Made by a program: the position numbers and the translations under genes. Positions 27,787 through 37,024 of a stretch of DNA of 64,000 bases are shown piece after piece; position 1 is the stretch's first letter, and each line of letters opens with the position of its first letter. The notes beneath the pieces were generated by a model. It saw nothing but the letters and a program-made list of their open reading frames with translations, was not told the origin of the DNA and searched no databases. Origin of the DNA: Clostridia bacterium (GTDB lineage Bacteria; Bacillota; Clostridia; Acetivibrionales; UBA4821); assembly GCA_041687355.1 (NCBI GenBank), contig JAWLCD010000011.1:2217-66216 (forward strand), in the 5' to 3' direction.

Positions 27787-28665
27787 ATGAATACAGTGAA
27801 GAAAAAGCTTGTTTCATGGCTTTTTGAGACAAATGCTTTGAGAGTATGTCCTGAGGACAAGCCGTTCTGGTATACATCCGGTACAATTGGACCTTATTAC
27901 ATAAATACAGAATTTCTGTATGGGGGGCAGGCTAAAGCAGGTGAACTTCTTGATGTTATTGATAAGGAGAAGAGTAACAGGCTTGCATGTCCTCTGACAA
28001 TTGCCAGCATGCTCAGGAAGAACTATGCTGAGAATGAAGTATACAGAGAACTGATTGATTATATGACCGGCTTTGTAAAGGAAAACATTAGTGTTGACGA
28101 AATTGATTTGATTTCGGGTGGAGAGAGGCGTGACTGGTTCTTCTCATTGATAGTTGCAGAGAAACTTGGAAAACCCCATATAACCATTTACAAGGACCTG
28201 GCTGCAGTCATGTCACAGGGTGAACTGACTCGTATAATGAGTGGGCGGGAAATTGAAGGCAAGAGAGTACTCCATATTGCAGACCTGATAACCGAAGGCT
28301 CAAGCTATGAGAGGGCGTGGATTCCTGCGGTTCACAACAGAGGGGGAGAAATCAAGTGGAGTGTAGTTGTGGTTGACAGAAAGCAAGGTGGGGGGGAAAT
28401 GCTCCTCGCTAACCGTATTAAAGCATTTTCGATGATAGAGGTAGATAAGTATCTGTTCGAAGAAGCCTTGAAGATGAACCTAATAAATGAAGGGCAATTT
28501 GCAATGATAATGGATTATATTGATAACCCAAAGGAAACCATGAGAAAATTTTTGCTGGAGCACCCTGAATTCCTTGATGATGCATTAAAATCAGACCAGA
28601 AGACAAAGGAAAGGGCAGAGCTCTGTTTGGAAAAGAACTTATATGACCTTGATCCGGCAAGATAG
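27787..28665 (+). CDS. Phosphoribosyltransferase-family protein (orotate PRTase-like)
   Basis: N-terminus typical of PyrE-like proteins (FETNALRV...FWYTSGTIGPYYIN). PRPP-binding loop VLHIADLITEGSS. Confidence 0.75.
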   Translation: MNTVKKKLVSWLFETNALRVCPEDKPFWYTSGTIGPYYINTEFLYGGQAKAGELLDVIDKEKSNRLACPLTIASMLRKNYAENEVYRELIDYMTGFVKENISVDEIDLISGGERRDWFFSLIVAEKLGKPHITIYKDLAAVMSQGELTRIMSGREIEGKRVLHIADLITEGSSYERAWIPAVHNRGGEIKWSVVVVDRKQGGGEMLLANRIKAFSMIEVDKYLFEEALKMNLINEGQFAMIMDYIDNPKETMRKFLLEHPEFLDDALKSDQKTKERAELCLEKNLYDLDPAR

Positions 28666-28758
28666 TCATCCCATGAATTTTAAAAGCAAGAGTTTTTTCT
28701 AAAAAAGTTATCCTGTTTTGCGCCCCTGATGAATACATTATATCAGGAGGTGTTGGAC

Positions 28759-29697
28759 ATGATATCTAAGAAGTACAGCATAATGGACCATTTCTTCTAT
28801 CCTACCGTGATTCTTGTGACGGTTCTTATGCTAATAGTTTTCGCCAGCGCGCGGGGGATGTCTTCAAGGGAATACCTGATGGGTGGAGAAACTACAGGGC
28901 ATAGTATTGATCATCAGATAGGTGATAACAATACACAAGCCTCATCAGCAAACACGAGTGATTTAGCAAAGATATTAAGGCCGTCAAATCAGCCAATAAT
29001 TGCCCCCAGGTTTGATTTTAAATCAGGAGGTACAGGCCTGCCCAAGACCTTTAATAATCCCCGTGATTTGATTGAAGCATACTTCAGCATATTATCAAAG
29101 GCCGAAAACATGGAAGGATGCTGCTCAGGGTGCGGAGCAACAGGATGGGCGCAGGAACCATACCCTATTGCTTATGAAATGCTTTCTCAGGAAATGAAGA
29201 AAACAATGTCTTTTCAGAAGTTTCTAGACTCATTTAGAGGTATTGGACATATGAACCTACTTAAGCTTCATGAAATGAATCAAGCCATAGTAAGTGGGAA
29301 GTCCTATCAGAGATTCTTTGTGGAATTTGAATCCATAGAAAAATCACAGAACAGAAATCTAACCCTGTTTGGTTATTACACTGGTGAACTTATATTACAA
29401 AATGAGGGAGAAAAAGGATGGAAAATCAGACAAATTGGTGTAAGAGGTGAAGATTTTTTATGCAAAGCCTATCATGGGAAATACCCCGATGCGCAAACTG
29501 TGGCCGAGGTAAGCTACCAGATAAGCAGCATATTTAACATAAAACAGGAAGGCAGTATTATTGAATTGCTTGGTCAATCAAAAAGCGGAAGGATTTATAA
29601 ATTGATTTTTACCAGGCTTACCAACGGTTCAGATTATTTAATCAGGTCTTTTGTCCAGAATGATAAAGGAAAATGGGAAGAATCATATATGAACTAG
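28759..29697 (+). CDS. Membrane-anchored hypothetical protein
   Basis: Start after GGAGGTGTTGGAC. One N-terminal TM (FFYPTVILVTVLMLIVFA). No diagnostic motif. Confidence 0.55.
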   Translation: MISKKYSIMDHFFYPTVILVTVLMLIVFASARGMSSREYLMGGETTGHSIDHQIGDNNTQASSANTSDLAKILRPSNQPIIAPRFDFKSGGTGLPKTFNNPRDLIEAYFSILSKAENMEGCCSGCGATGWAQEPYPIAYEMLSQEMKKTMSFQKFLDSFRGIGHMNLLKLHEMNQAIVSGKSYQRFFVEFESIEKSQNRNLTLFGYYTGELILQNEGEKGWKIRQIGVRGEDFLCKAYHGKYPDAQTVAEVSYQISSIFNIKQEGSIIELLGQSKSGRIYKLIFTRLTNGSDYLIRSFVQNDKGKWEESYMN

Positions 29698-29752
29698 GTA
29701 AGGAAGGCAAGTATAGAGTCGGGGTATAGGAACATTGTTCAAGCAAAATCGC

Positions 29753-30385
29753 TCAGCTCCCAAGGTCTTCAAGTACCTGTGCCAATTCCTTTTTAGATTC
29801 TACTTTAATTCCTGATTTGAGTCTGTTACGGTCTTGGGAGCGCAGACTTTTTACCGATATTGGAGTAACTTCCTTCAATGAGACACCGTCTACAGGGGTC
29901 TGATAGTAGATTGCTACCAAGCCGTCCTTGTCTATCAGAACGAAGTGGTCAGGACACTTGGAATGGACTTCCTGATAAATTACAACCTGATTGGGAGAAA
30001 ATTCCTTTAATGTCCAGTCTTTGTATGCCTTCTGCAGTTGATATTCTGTCAGGTTAACCATGTCTTCAGGTACTGATGTATGTTTTTTAATTACATGTCC
30101 GCATACGGTATATCTTTTTTCTGTAATTATTACAGCATCAGGACCTATTATTTTATCTTCAGCTCTTCCACCTTCCACCTTGGTGTCTGACTGAGGTTCA
30201 GGAGCATTGTCCGTATCCGGCCCAGTCTGAGAACGTGAGTCTGTTACGTTCTTGGTTTGGGGTGTGCCGGAGTCAGATTTAGATTGGTTTTCCCTCCAGT
30301 ATAGATCAAGAGAGAAGTAAACCACCATTGCAAGTAGTATAATGAGAAGACTCAACATCTTGTGAGGAGGGTGCCTCCGAATCAT
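29753..30385 (-). CDS. Membrane-anchored protein, possibly with a BofC-like C-terminal domain
   Basis: N-terminal TM, a low-complexity linker, then a C-terminal part (CPDHFVLIDKDGLVAIYY...LKSGIKVESKKELAQVLEDLGS) reminiscent of BofC_C. Tentative. Confidence 0.45.
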   Translation of the reverse strand: MIRRHPPHKMLSLLIILLAMVVYFSLDLYWRENQSKSDSGTPQTKNVTDSRSQTGPDTDNAPEPQSDTKVEGGRAEDKIIGPDAVIITEKRYTVCGHVIKKHTSVPEDMVNLTEYQLQKAYKDWTLKEFSPNQVVIYQEVHSKCPDHFVLIDKDGLVAIYYQTPVDGVSLKEVTPISVKSLRSQDRNRLKSGIKVESKKELAQVLEDLGS

Positions 30386-30482
30386 ATAACCATCCCATTC
30401 CCTGAAAAAAGTTATTTGGCTGTATTTTTTCCCTCAAATGGGCCACTTATACATATGGTTCGTAATTAATCGGGAACGCCTG

Positions 30483-32837
30483 CTATCTGCTAATTGCCGG
30501 TATAACCTTGAATCTGTTCTTATATACCTTAATATTAATGCCTCCATCAAGGTCGGTCCTATATAAACGGGAACCGGATAATTCTATTCGGTTGATTGTC
30601 TCGGGAGATGGATGCCCAAAATTATTCTTTCCTGTACTTACTATGCATACAGATGGAGAGATGGCTTTCAGAAAGTCTAGGGATGTAGAGTTCTTGGAAC
30701 CATGATGGGCAACCTTAAGTATATCCGAGTCCAGATGGGATATTGAACCCAGGATATGTCTCTCGGCGTTAGTCTCAATATCTCCGGTAAAAAGGATACT
30801 TGTATTCCTGTATACCAACCTTATAACAGTTGAGTTATTATTGAGAATTGAGTCTCTGCCAAATAGATTTTCATCTCCAGGGTGAAGCACTTGGAATTCA
30901 GTGCCATCAATGCTTAAACGGTCTCCTTTCGATACAATATATATTTTGGTTTTCCTTTGGCTGCACAGTTTTATAAGGCTATCAAGGTCTGCATTTGGCT
31001 GAAACTGTGGGCCCATGACAAGCTGTTTAACCCTGAGGGTTTTAACTACACTGATTAGCCCCTGTATGTGGTCACCATGGGGGTGGGAAAGCATAGCAAG
31101 GTCAACCGAGGATGATCCATTATCTAGAAGAAAGGGAATGATAGTGCTGCCAGGGTCAAAATTACCCATGCTTCCTGGATATGTACCTCCTCCGTCAATG
31201 AGGCAGGTCTTACCTGAAGGGGTCTTTATTATTGTACAATCACCCTGGCCTATATCTAAAAATGTAATTTCAAGCGGGCGGGGCAGGGAGTAAGAAATCA
31301 ACAGGAATATTACTGCTGCAGCCGCAGCTATGTATGATATTTTAGGAAAATGAGGCCCCGGTTTTTTGAAAGGGATGTATTTCAGCAGTGCATAGAGTAC
31401 AGTATAATAAAACAGAATAAACAATAGGCTGGGAGTGATAACCTGAATAGAGGCAAAGGGAAGGCTTGAAGATACTTCAGATACCCAGAGCATGAATGAT
31501 AGGAAAAAGTAATTCAACCCTCCCAGCAGCTGTGAAATGAAAATTGATACCTGTCCGGCAATGCTCATAACAAAACCGATTATGGTTACAATTCCGGTAA
31601 CAGGAACTACTACAATATTTGAGATGATAGCAATCAGCGAAATCTTGTTGAAGTAGAGAGCAACTATAGGGTTGACCGTAAGCTGTGCCGCCAAAGATAC
31701 CGACATAACATCATTAATAACACGAGGCAGAAAGCTGAAGAAATTAGCCAGCCTTTTATAAAAGAGTACTATACCGGTTGTTCCGGCGAAAGATAGCTGA
31801 AATCCGATATCGTAAATGCAAAGAGGGTTGAATAAGAGAATAGCCAGACATGCAGCTGATATGCTGTTAAGTGCATCACTCTTTCGCTGGAATATTCCTG
31901 CTGACAGGAGCATCATACCCATTATTCCAGCCCGGACAACAGGGGGGGACGAACCGGTTATAAGTACAAATAAAACAAGAACTGCCATAGTAATAAGATT
32001 TGAGAGCGGTTGGCCTACTCGTAATATTCCCAGCAGGAATATACAGGCTCCAGCTATGTAAGCCACGTTTGCACCTGATACACAGAGTATATGAGTCAGC
32101 CCGCTGTCGTTAAAGTTTTGTTTGACCTCTTCGGACAAGCCGCTTCGCTCTCCGATAACCAAACCCTTGAGCAGTCCTGCATGTTCAGCGGGGAGGGATA
32201 AGTCAACCATACTTATGATTCTGTCTCGAAGATACAGGCTGAACCTGATAAGAGGATTTATATCTCCCTGACCCGGGCTCATAATGTCCGAGGGAAAGGT
32301 TATTATTGACGAATAAATATTCTGGGAAGACAGGAAGCGCCTGTAGTCAAATGCACCGGCATTCCTGGCCCGGGAAGGCATCATGCTCTTTCCCGCTCCC
32401 TTTATAATATCACCATACCTGTATAATTTTTTCGAGTGCTCAGGACCATACACTGATAAAAGTGCTCTGGAATTTATATTCACAGCCTTTTTATTGTTAG
32501 AAATCCTTTTTACATCAACCACGTAACTGGTCTTATTTTCCCTGACATCCGGCGGAGATACAACTCTGGCCTCAAAATAGACCCTCTGATTTGAAAAGGG
32601 TTCAAAACGGGTTGATGGCAGGGCTGACTTGTAATATGAATAGACAGCCCCAAAGGAGAATACGACAATTGCCAGGGCAGATAGAAGATAGAGGTTTTGT
32701 CTTTTCAGGGCAAAAAGTACAAAGCAGACTGGAACAAGCAGCATTAGAATACTGATAGATACCCAGCTGAAAAACTGTCCATACATTATTCCAAGAGAAT
32801 ATATGCATGTTAAAGCGATAAGGGGTCTTTTCTTCAT
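30483..32837 (-). CDS. comEC: DNA internalisation competence protein ComEC/Rec2
   Basis: 784 aa with a multi-TM competence domain and a C-terminal metallo-beta-lactamase domain (FLDIGQGDC, LSHPHGDHIQG, VAHHGS). Confidence 0.92.
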   Translation of the reverse strand: MKKRPLIALTCIYSLGIMYGQFFSWVSISILMLLVPVCFVLFALKRQNLYLLSALAIVVFSFGAVYSYYKSALPSTRFEPFSNQRVYFEARVVSPPDVRENKTSYVVDVKRISNNKKAVNINSRALLSVYGPEHSKKLYRYGDIIKGAGKSMMPSRARNAGAFDYRRFLSSQNIYSSIITFPSDIMSPGQGDINPLIRFSLYLRDRIISMVDLSLPAEHAGLLKGLVIGERSGLSEEVKQNFNDSGLTHILCVSGANVAYIAGACIFLLGILRVGQPLSNLITMAVLVLFVLITGSSPPVVRAGIMGMMLLSAGIFQRKSDALNSISAACLAILLFNPLCIYDIGFQLSFAGTTGIVLFYKRLANFFSFLPRVINDVMSVSLAAQLTVNPIVALYFNKISLIAIISNIVVVPVTGIVTIIGFVMSIAGQVSIFISQLLGGLNYFFLSFMLWVSEVSSSLPFASIQVITPSLLFILFYYTVLYALLKYIPFKKPGPHFPKISYIAAAAAVIFLLISYSLPRPLEITFLDIGQGDCTIIKTPSGKTCLIDGGGTYPGSMGNFDPGSTIIPFLLDNGSSSVDLAMLSHPHGDHIQGLISVVKTLRVKQLVMGPQFQPNADLDSLIKLCSQRKTKIYIVSKGDRLSIDGTEFQVLHPGDENLFGRDSILNNNSTVIRLVYRNTSILFTGDIETNAERHILGSISHLDSDILKVAHHGSKNSTSLDFLKAISPSVCIVSTGKNNFGHPSPETINRIELSGSRLYRTDLDGGINIKVYKNRFKVIPAISR

Positions 32838-32910
32838 ATTTCCTCACTTAATAAAAAATAGAGACATCAGAATCCCGATATCTCTATCTCTAGTATTCAA
32901 ATATAATTAT

Positions 32911-34368
32911 TTACTTAACAAAGGTTCTTCCTGTAACATATGCGTTATTATAGAATCCCTCACTTAAGGAACTTATTTTTACTACCCTTCCATTACTGGA
33001 TGATGATGCATGAATAAATTTACCGTTTCCTATGTAAATTCCTACGTGATTAACCTTCTTAGTCTTGCCTCCATTGGTATCAAAACATACCAGGTCACCT
33101 GGCTGAAGCTTGGCCTTCGGAACATATTTTCCTTGCTTGGCCTGAGCGGTTGACACTCTCTCCAGGTTAATACCGAACTTCTTAAAGACGTAACTGGTAA
33201 ACCCTGAGCAGTCAAATCCACTTGGAGAACTTCCGCCATACCTGTATCGAACTCCTAGAAAATTTCGGGAGTATAGAACCATTCTGTTTCTCAGAGTGAC
33301 GGCCGTGGCAGCAGCACTGGATGCCTCACTATTAATGCTGGGTATTTTTCCGGCGTATGTTGAAGAGACATTGACATAACTGCCGTAAACCCAGCCGGTA
33401 GTTCCGCCTGAGGATATTTTATACCACTTCCCCGACTGTCCAAGAATATGTACATCCTTGTTTGTAAGACTGGTAATAATATTGGCATTGGTTGTAGGCT
33501 TAGACCGTATATTCACATCCGTACCGTCAATTTTGGCAGGTATCTTTTCTGAGGTAGTATTTTCACTGGAAGCTGATTTCACAGCTGAAGCAGAATTGGA
33601 TGCAACCTTGACAAAGCTGCCGTAAACCCAGCCGGTAATTTTACCAGAAGATATTTTATACCACTCACCCGACTGTCCGACAATATCGACATCCTTATTG
33701 GAGAGAGTGGAAACGATTGCAGCACTAGTTGTAGGTTTTGACCTTATATTTACGTCTGTACCATCAATTTTTCCGGGTTTCTTTGATGAAGAATTTTCAG
33801 CTGTTTTCTCAGTACTGGATGCCGACAGGGTCCGGCTTGAAAGTGCAGGAGTTGATAATGAAACAAAATCATTTTTTACCCAACCTATGGTCTTGTCAAA
33901 GGACACTCTATACCAGTCTCCTGAAGAACTGACTACCTTTACCTGCTTATCGGATACACTGGTAAGTATCTGAGATGTAAGCGTAGGCTTGGTCCTTATA
34001 TTGACATTAGTTCCTTTTATTACAGCGTCCTGTGTCTTGACAATTGTTGATTTGGAACTATCATCTGAGGAATTTTCTGACTGGGGCAGCTGTTTGATAT
34101 CTGTTACATAATCAAACCTCACCCATCCTTTAACGTCTCCGGAACTTATATTATACCAGTCTCCTGAATTCCGCAGGATACTAACCTTTTTATTTGAAAT
34201 TGAACCCAGTACATCTGAGGAAGTTGTAGGTTTTGACCTGACATTTACATTTGTTCCCTTGATATACCCTGTATAATTTGCAGATACTTCTAATACATTG
34301 ACAGATAGGACGAAGACAATTACAAGAACTGTAACAAAGCTTAGAATACCTTTTCTAAAAGTAAACAT
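32911..34368 (-). CDS. Secreted cell-wall hydrolase: four SH3b repeats plus a C-terminal NlpC/P60 (C40) peptidase
   Basis: Signal/TM N-terminus. Four copies of G(T)(N/D)VN(V/I)R(S/T)KPT...W(Y)...GWV. The catalytic part has FDCSGFTSYVF ... HVGIYIGNGKFIHAS. Confidence 0.9.
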   Translation of the reverse strand: MFTFRKGILSFVTVLVIVFVLSVNVLEVSANYTGYIKGTNVNVRSKPTTSSDVLGSISNKKVSILRNSGDWYNISSGDVKGWVRFDYVTDIKQLPQSENSSDDSSKSTIVKTQDAVIKGTNVNIRTKPTLTSQILTSVSDKQVKVVSSSGDWYRVSFDKTIGWVKNDFVSLSTPALSSRTLSASSTEKTAENSSSKKPGKIDGTDVNIRSKPTTSAAIVSTLSNKDVDIVGQSGEWYKISSGKITGWVYGSFVKVASNSASAVKSASSENTTSEKIPAKIDGTDVNIRSKPTTNANIITSLTNKDVHILGQSGKWYKISSGGTTGWVYGSYVNVSSTYAGKIPSINSEASSAAATAVTLRNRMVLYSRNFLGVRYRYGGSSPSGFDCSGFTSYVFKKFGINLERVSTAQAKQGKYVPKAKLQPGDLVCFDTNGGKTKKVNHVGIYIGNGKFIHASSSSNGRVVKISSLSEGFYNNAYVTGRTFVK

Positions 34369-34384
34369 TCTTACCTCCTGTTTT

Positions 34385-34500
34385 CGTAGCCTCCGGAGTT
34401 AGCTGACGGGTTCGGGAAAGGCGGTACATACCCTACCGTATCAAACGGATTCACCCCAATATGGTTCCCCCGTACCCTTAATAGGGACTAGGCTATATAG
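34385..34500 (-). promoter_or_regulatory. c-di-AMP riboswitch (ydaO/yuaA class) in the leader of the NlpC/P60 gene
   Basis: The minus strand reads ...ACGGGGGAACCATATTGGGGTGAATCCG...CCCGAACCCGTCAGCTAACTCCGGAGGCT. This matches the conserved GGGGA, GGGGTGAATCC and ACCCGAACCCGTCAGCTAACCTCGTAAGC blocks of the ydaO motif. This class commonly precedes cell-wall hydrolase genes. Confidence 0.8.
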
Positions 34501-34927
34501 ACACAACAAATTATGCTCTCTAGCCTGAAAGCATAATTCTGTTTAATTTACTGTTTCATATAACACTACAGGTATATTTCAAAATGATTACATTTTTATT
34601 CTAGTACTCAGTAATCTGCTTGTCAATATTCCGGATATGTTGAAAAAACATTAAATATGAAGTTATTACTCGAAAAACTCCTTATTCTGGTTATAAGCAT
34701 ATATTTAGTCTTAATTTCATTATATTTTCTGAAGAAGCAAACGTCACAGAAAATTAAATCAATTAAAGAGGTTTACATATCCGACAAATATGATAAAATA
34801 TATTGGATTACCTATATGTGTAAATAATGGAGGTGTGTGCCTGGGAAAATAATTTTTTCGGCAGGTTTTAATGAGTGTTTTCATAAGAAGCCTAATCTTG
34901 ATAATTAAGACGGGAGGAGAAAGTAAT

Positions 34928-35287
34928 ATGAAAGTAACTGTAAATGAAAAGCCGTTTGAAATGAAAATTGCTGATTTTAATAGTGAAAAAAAGATGATTG
35001 ACCAGTTTACTCAAGACAGCATGAAGCATGTAGGAATCTGCGCGTTACTTCGGTTTGGTGCAGGATTCCTAGGTGCGCAGGTGCTTCTGAATCAATTTCA
35101 GAGTGCATTTAGTGTTTGGCCAGTGCCTATGCTCTACGGGATGGAAATACAATTCACCATTTTTGCCTTGATACTTGGACTTTTGGTCGCTCTAGGTCCT
35201 ATCATGGTAACCGGGATTGGTGTCTATAACAAGTACCAGGAAGTAGGCGTTGGAGCAGCGGTGCTGAAGAGATTATTAAAGTGGTAG
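34928..35287 (+). CDS. Hypothetical membrane protein (about 119 aa)
   Basis: Start after GGGAGGAGAAAG. Two or three TM segments. A hairpin plus T-run lies downstream (35298-35335). Confidence 0.5.
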   Translation: MKVTVNEKPFEMKIADFNSEKKMIDQFTQDSMKHVGICALLRFGAGFLGAQVLLNQFQSAFSVWPVPMLYGMEIQFTIFALILGLLVALGPIMVTGIGVYNKYQEVGVGAAVLKRLLKW

Positions 35288-35570
35288 AATATTTTTACGG
35301 CGCAGTCAACTATATGGCTGTGCCATATTTTTTTGTATATATGCCTAATTCGCAGGTATAGAATCCAGTAACTTCACCTTCTGTTACAGGGGAAATGAAT
35401 TAACAAGCATCTAGTTTATCTTAGATTTTGCAGCCCTTATGAGCGGTTAATTTATTTTCACTGTAATACTACAAACTACTAGTCAACTCAAACTATAGTA
35501 TTTACTTATCGAAGTATGAGTAATAATATATTGAACTAGAGAGAATAAACCAACTTCAGGGTGTAGAAGA

Positions 35571-36641
35571 ATGAAGATAGGATTAAAATTATTAGTGGGG
35601 CTATTGGCGTTAGCATTACTTGCTGTATTAATAACAACAAACCCCCAGAGCCCAGACAAACCGGAGGATGATACTGAACAGCCGATGGAAGCACAAGGTA
35701 TTAGTATGAGCTTTGTAGGAGACATACTTCTCGCTTCCCATGTTCAGAGTGGAGTAAACCGGTTCGGTGCCAATCATCCCTTTGAAAAAGTGAAACCGCT
35801 TTTGAGTTCTAGCGATTTTACAGTAGGCAATCTTGAGAGCGCAGTGGGAATGGGTGGAATTCCCCAGCCTGACAAGGAATACACCTTTAGGGCAGACCCG
35901 ATGGTTCTTGAGGGAGTCAAATGGTCAGGTATAGATGTATTAAGTATAGCCAATAACCATGTGTTAGATTTTGGTTCTGAGGTCTTTGACCAGACACTGA
36001 ATAACATAAGCTCCAGTAATCTTCACTACGTAGGAGGAGGAAGAAATCGTGCAGAAGCATTCAGTCCGGTTATACTAGAAAAGGGAGACAAGAAGATTGC
36101 TGTTTTTGCAGCCAGCCGGGTGGTGCCGGATGTAAGCTGGCACGCCGGGGAGAATTCACCCGGGGTAGCAGGAGTGTATGACCCCCGGAAGCTTGTAGAA
36201 GGAATAGATTATGTGAGGCAGCAGTCTGACCACATTGTAGTTTATCTTCACTGGGGAACTGAAAGAGAGACGTTACCAGGATCCTACCAAAGGAGGCTGG
36301 CCAGGCAGTTGATTGACAGCGGGGCGGACGTGGTAGTCGGAACTCATCCTCATGTACTCCAAGGCTTTGAATTCTATAACCATGGACTCATTGCATACAG
36401 CCTGGGCAATTTTGTATTTACAAACCTGGAGAACGATACTCTCATACTAACCGTAAACTTCGGAGATGAGGGAATAGAATCCTCGAGTATCATTCCCTGT
36501 ATGATCAGGAATTACAGACCTGAACCGATAAAGGATATCAATCGTATTGAGGAATTCTATAAAATGATTGAAGGCAGATCGTTCGGAGTAGGGGTGCAGG
36601 ATGGAAAGCTGGTTGACAGGGGTATTGGAGAAGGTTTCTAA
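35571..36641 (+). CDS. CapA-family (poly-gamma-glutamate synthesis / metallophosphatase-like) protein
   Basis: Signal anchor, then FVGDILLA...NLESAV...IANNHVLDFG...LHWGTE...GTHPHVLQG, the typical CapA/PgsA pattern. Confidence 0.85.
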   Translation: MKIGLKLLVGLLALALLAVLITTNPQSPDKPEDDTEQPMEAQGISMSFVGDILLASHVQSGVNRFGANHPFEKVKPLLSSSDFTVGNLESAVGMGGIPQPDKEYTFRADPMVLEGVKWSGIDVLSIANNHVLDFGSEVFDQTLNNISSSNLHYVGGGRNRAEAFSPVILEKGDKKIAVFAASRVVPDVSWHAGENSPGVAGVYDPRKLVEGIDYVRQQSDHIVVYLHWGTERETLPGSYQRRLARQLIDSGADVVVGTHPHVLQGFEFYNHGLIAYSLGNFVFTNLENDTLILTVNFGDEGIESSSIIPCMIRNYRPEPIKDINRIEEFYKMIEGRSFGVGVQDGKLVDRGIGEGF

Positions 36642-36744
36642 GAGCCGAACCCAGAAATATAATCATTTACGAGTTAAAGTTACAGCCATACAAATATTGA
36701 CTGTTTAATATTTTTAAAGTATAATCAGTTCAATCATAATATGG

Positions 36745-37003
36745 TTAAAACGTTGACGGGGAAGAGTATATTGAGTATGCCTGCCTGAAGAGAGCCGGGC
36801 AAGGTGAAATCCGGCGGAGGCTGTCAATAGAAAATCACCCCCGAGTGCCTTACGAAAGGTTTAACGAGTAGAAACGGCCGCTGACTGCGTTAAGGTCAAA
36901 TGAGAGAGTGGAAGGACATATGTTTTTTCCTTCACTAATGTGGGTGGTACCACGAGAGCCTGGCTCTACGTCCCTGTTATGACGTAGGGTCTTTATTATT
37001 ATA
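36745..37003 (+). promoter_or_regulatory. T-box leader, probably Ile-specific, with a terminator
   Basis: T-box sequence TAATGTGGGTGGTACCACG at 36937-36955. Terminator stem CTACGTC/GACGTAG followed by a T-rich tract. AGAGA motif. The candidate specifier is AUC in GAAAATCACC. It is upstream of ileS. Confidence 0.85.
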
Positions 37004-37024
37004 TAAAGAGGAGAGATGATAGGA

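Noticed and set aside
33300-34260. Periodic nucleotide repeats inside 32911-34368 that could be mistaken for a tandem-repeat or CRISPR-like array
   Set aside because: The periodicity corresponds to four in-frame SH3b protein domains within a continuous ORF. There are no short identical repeats with unique spacers.
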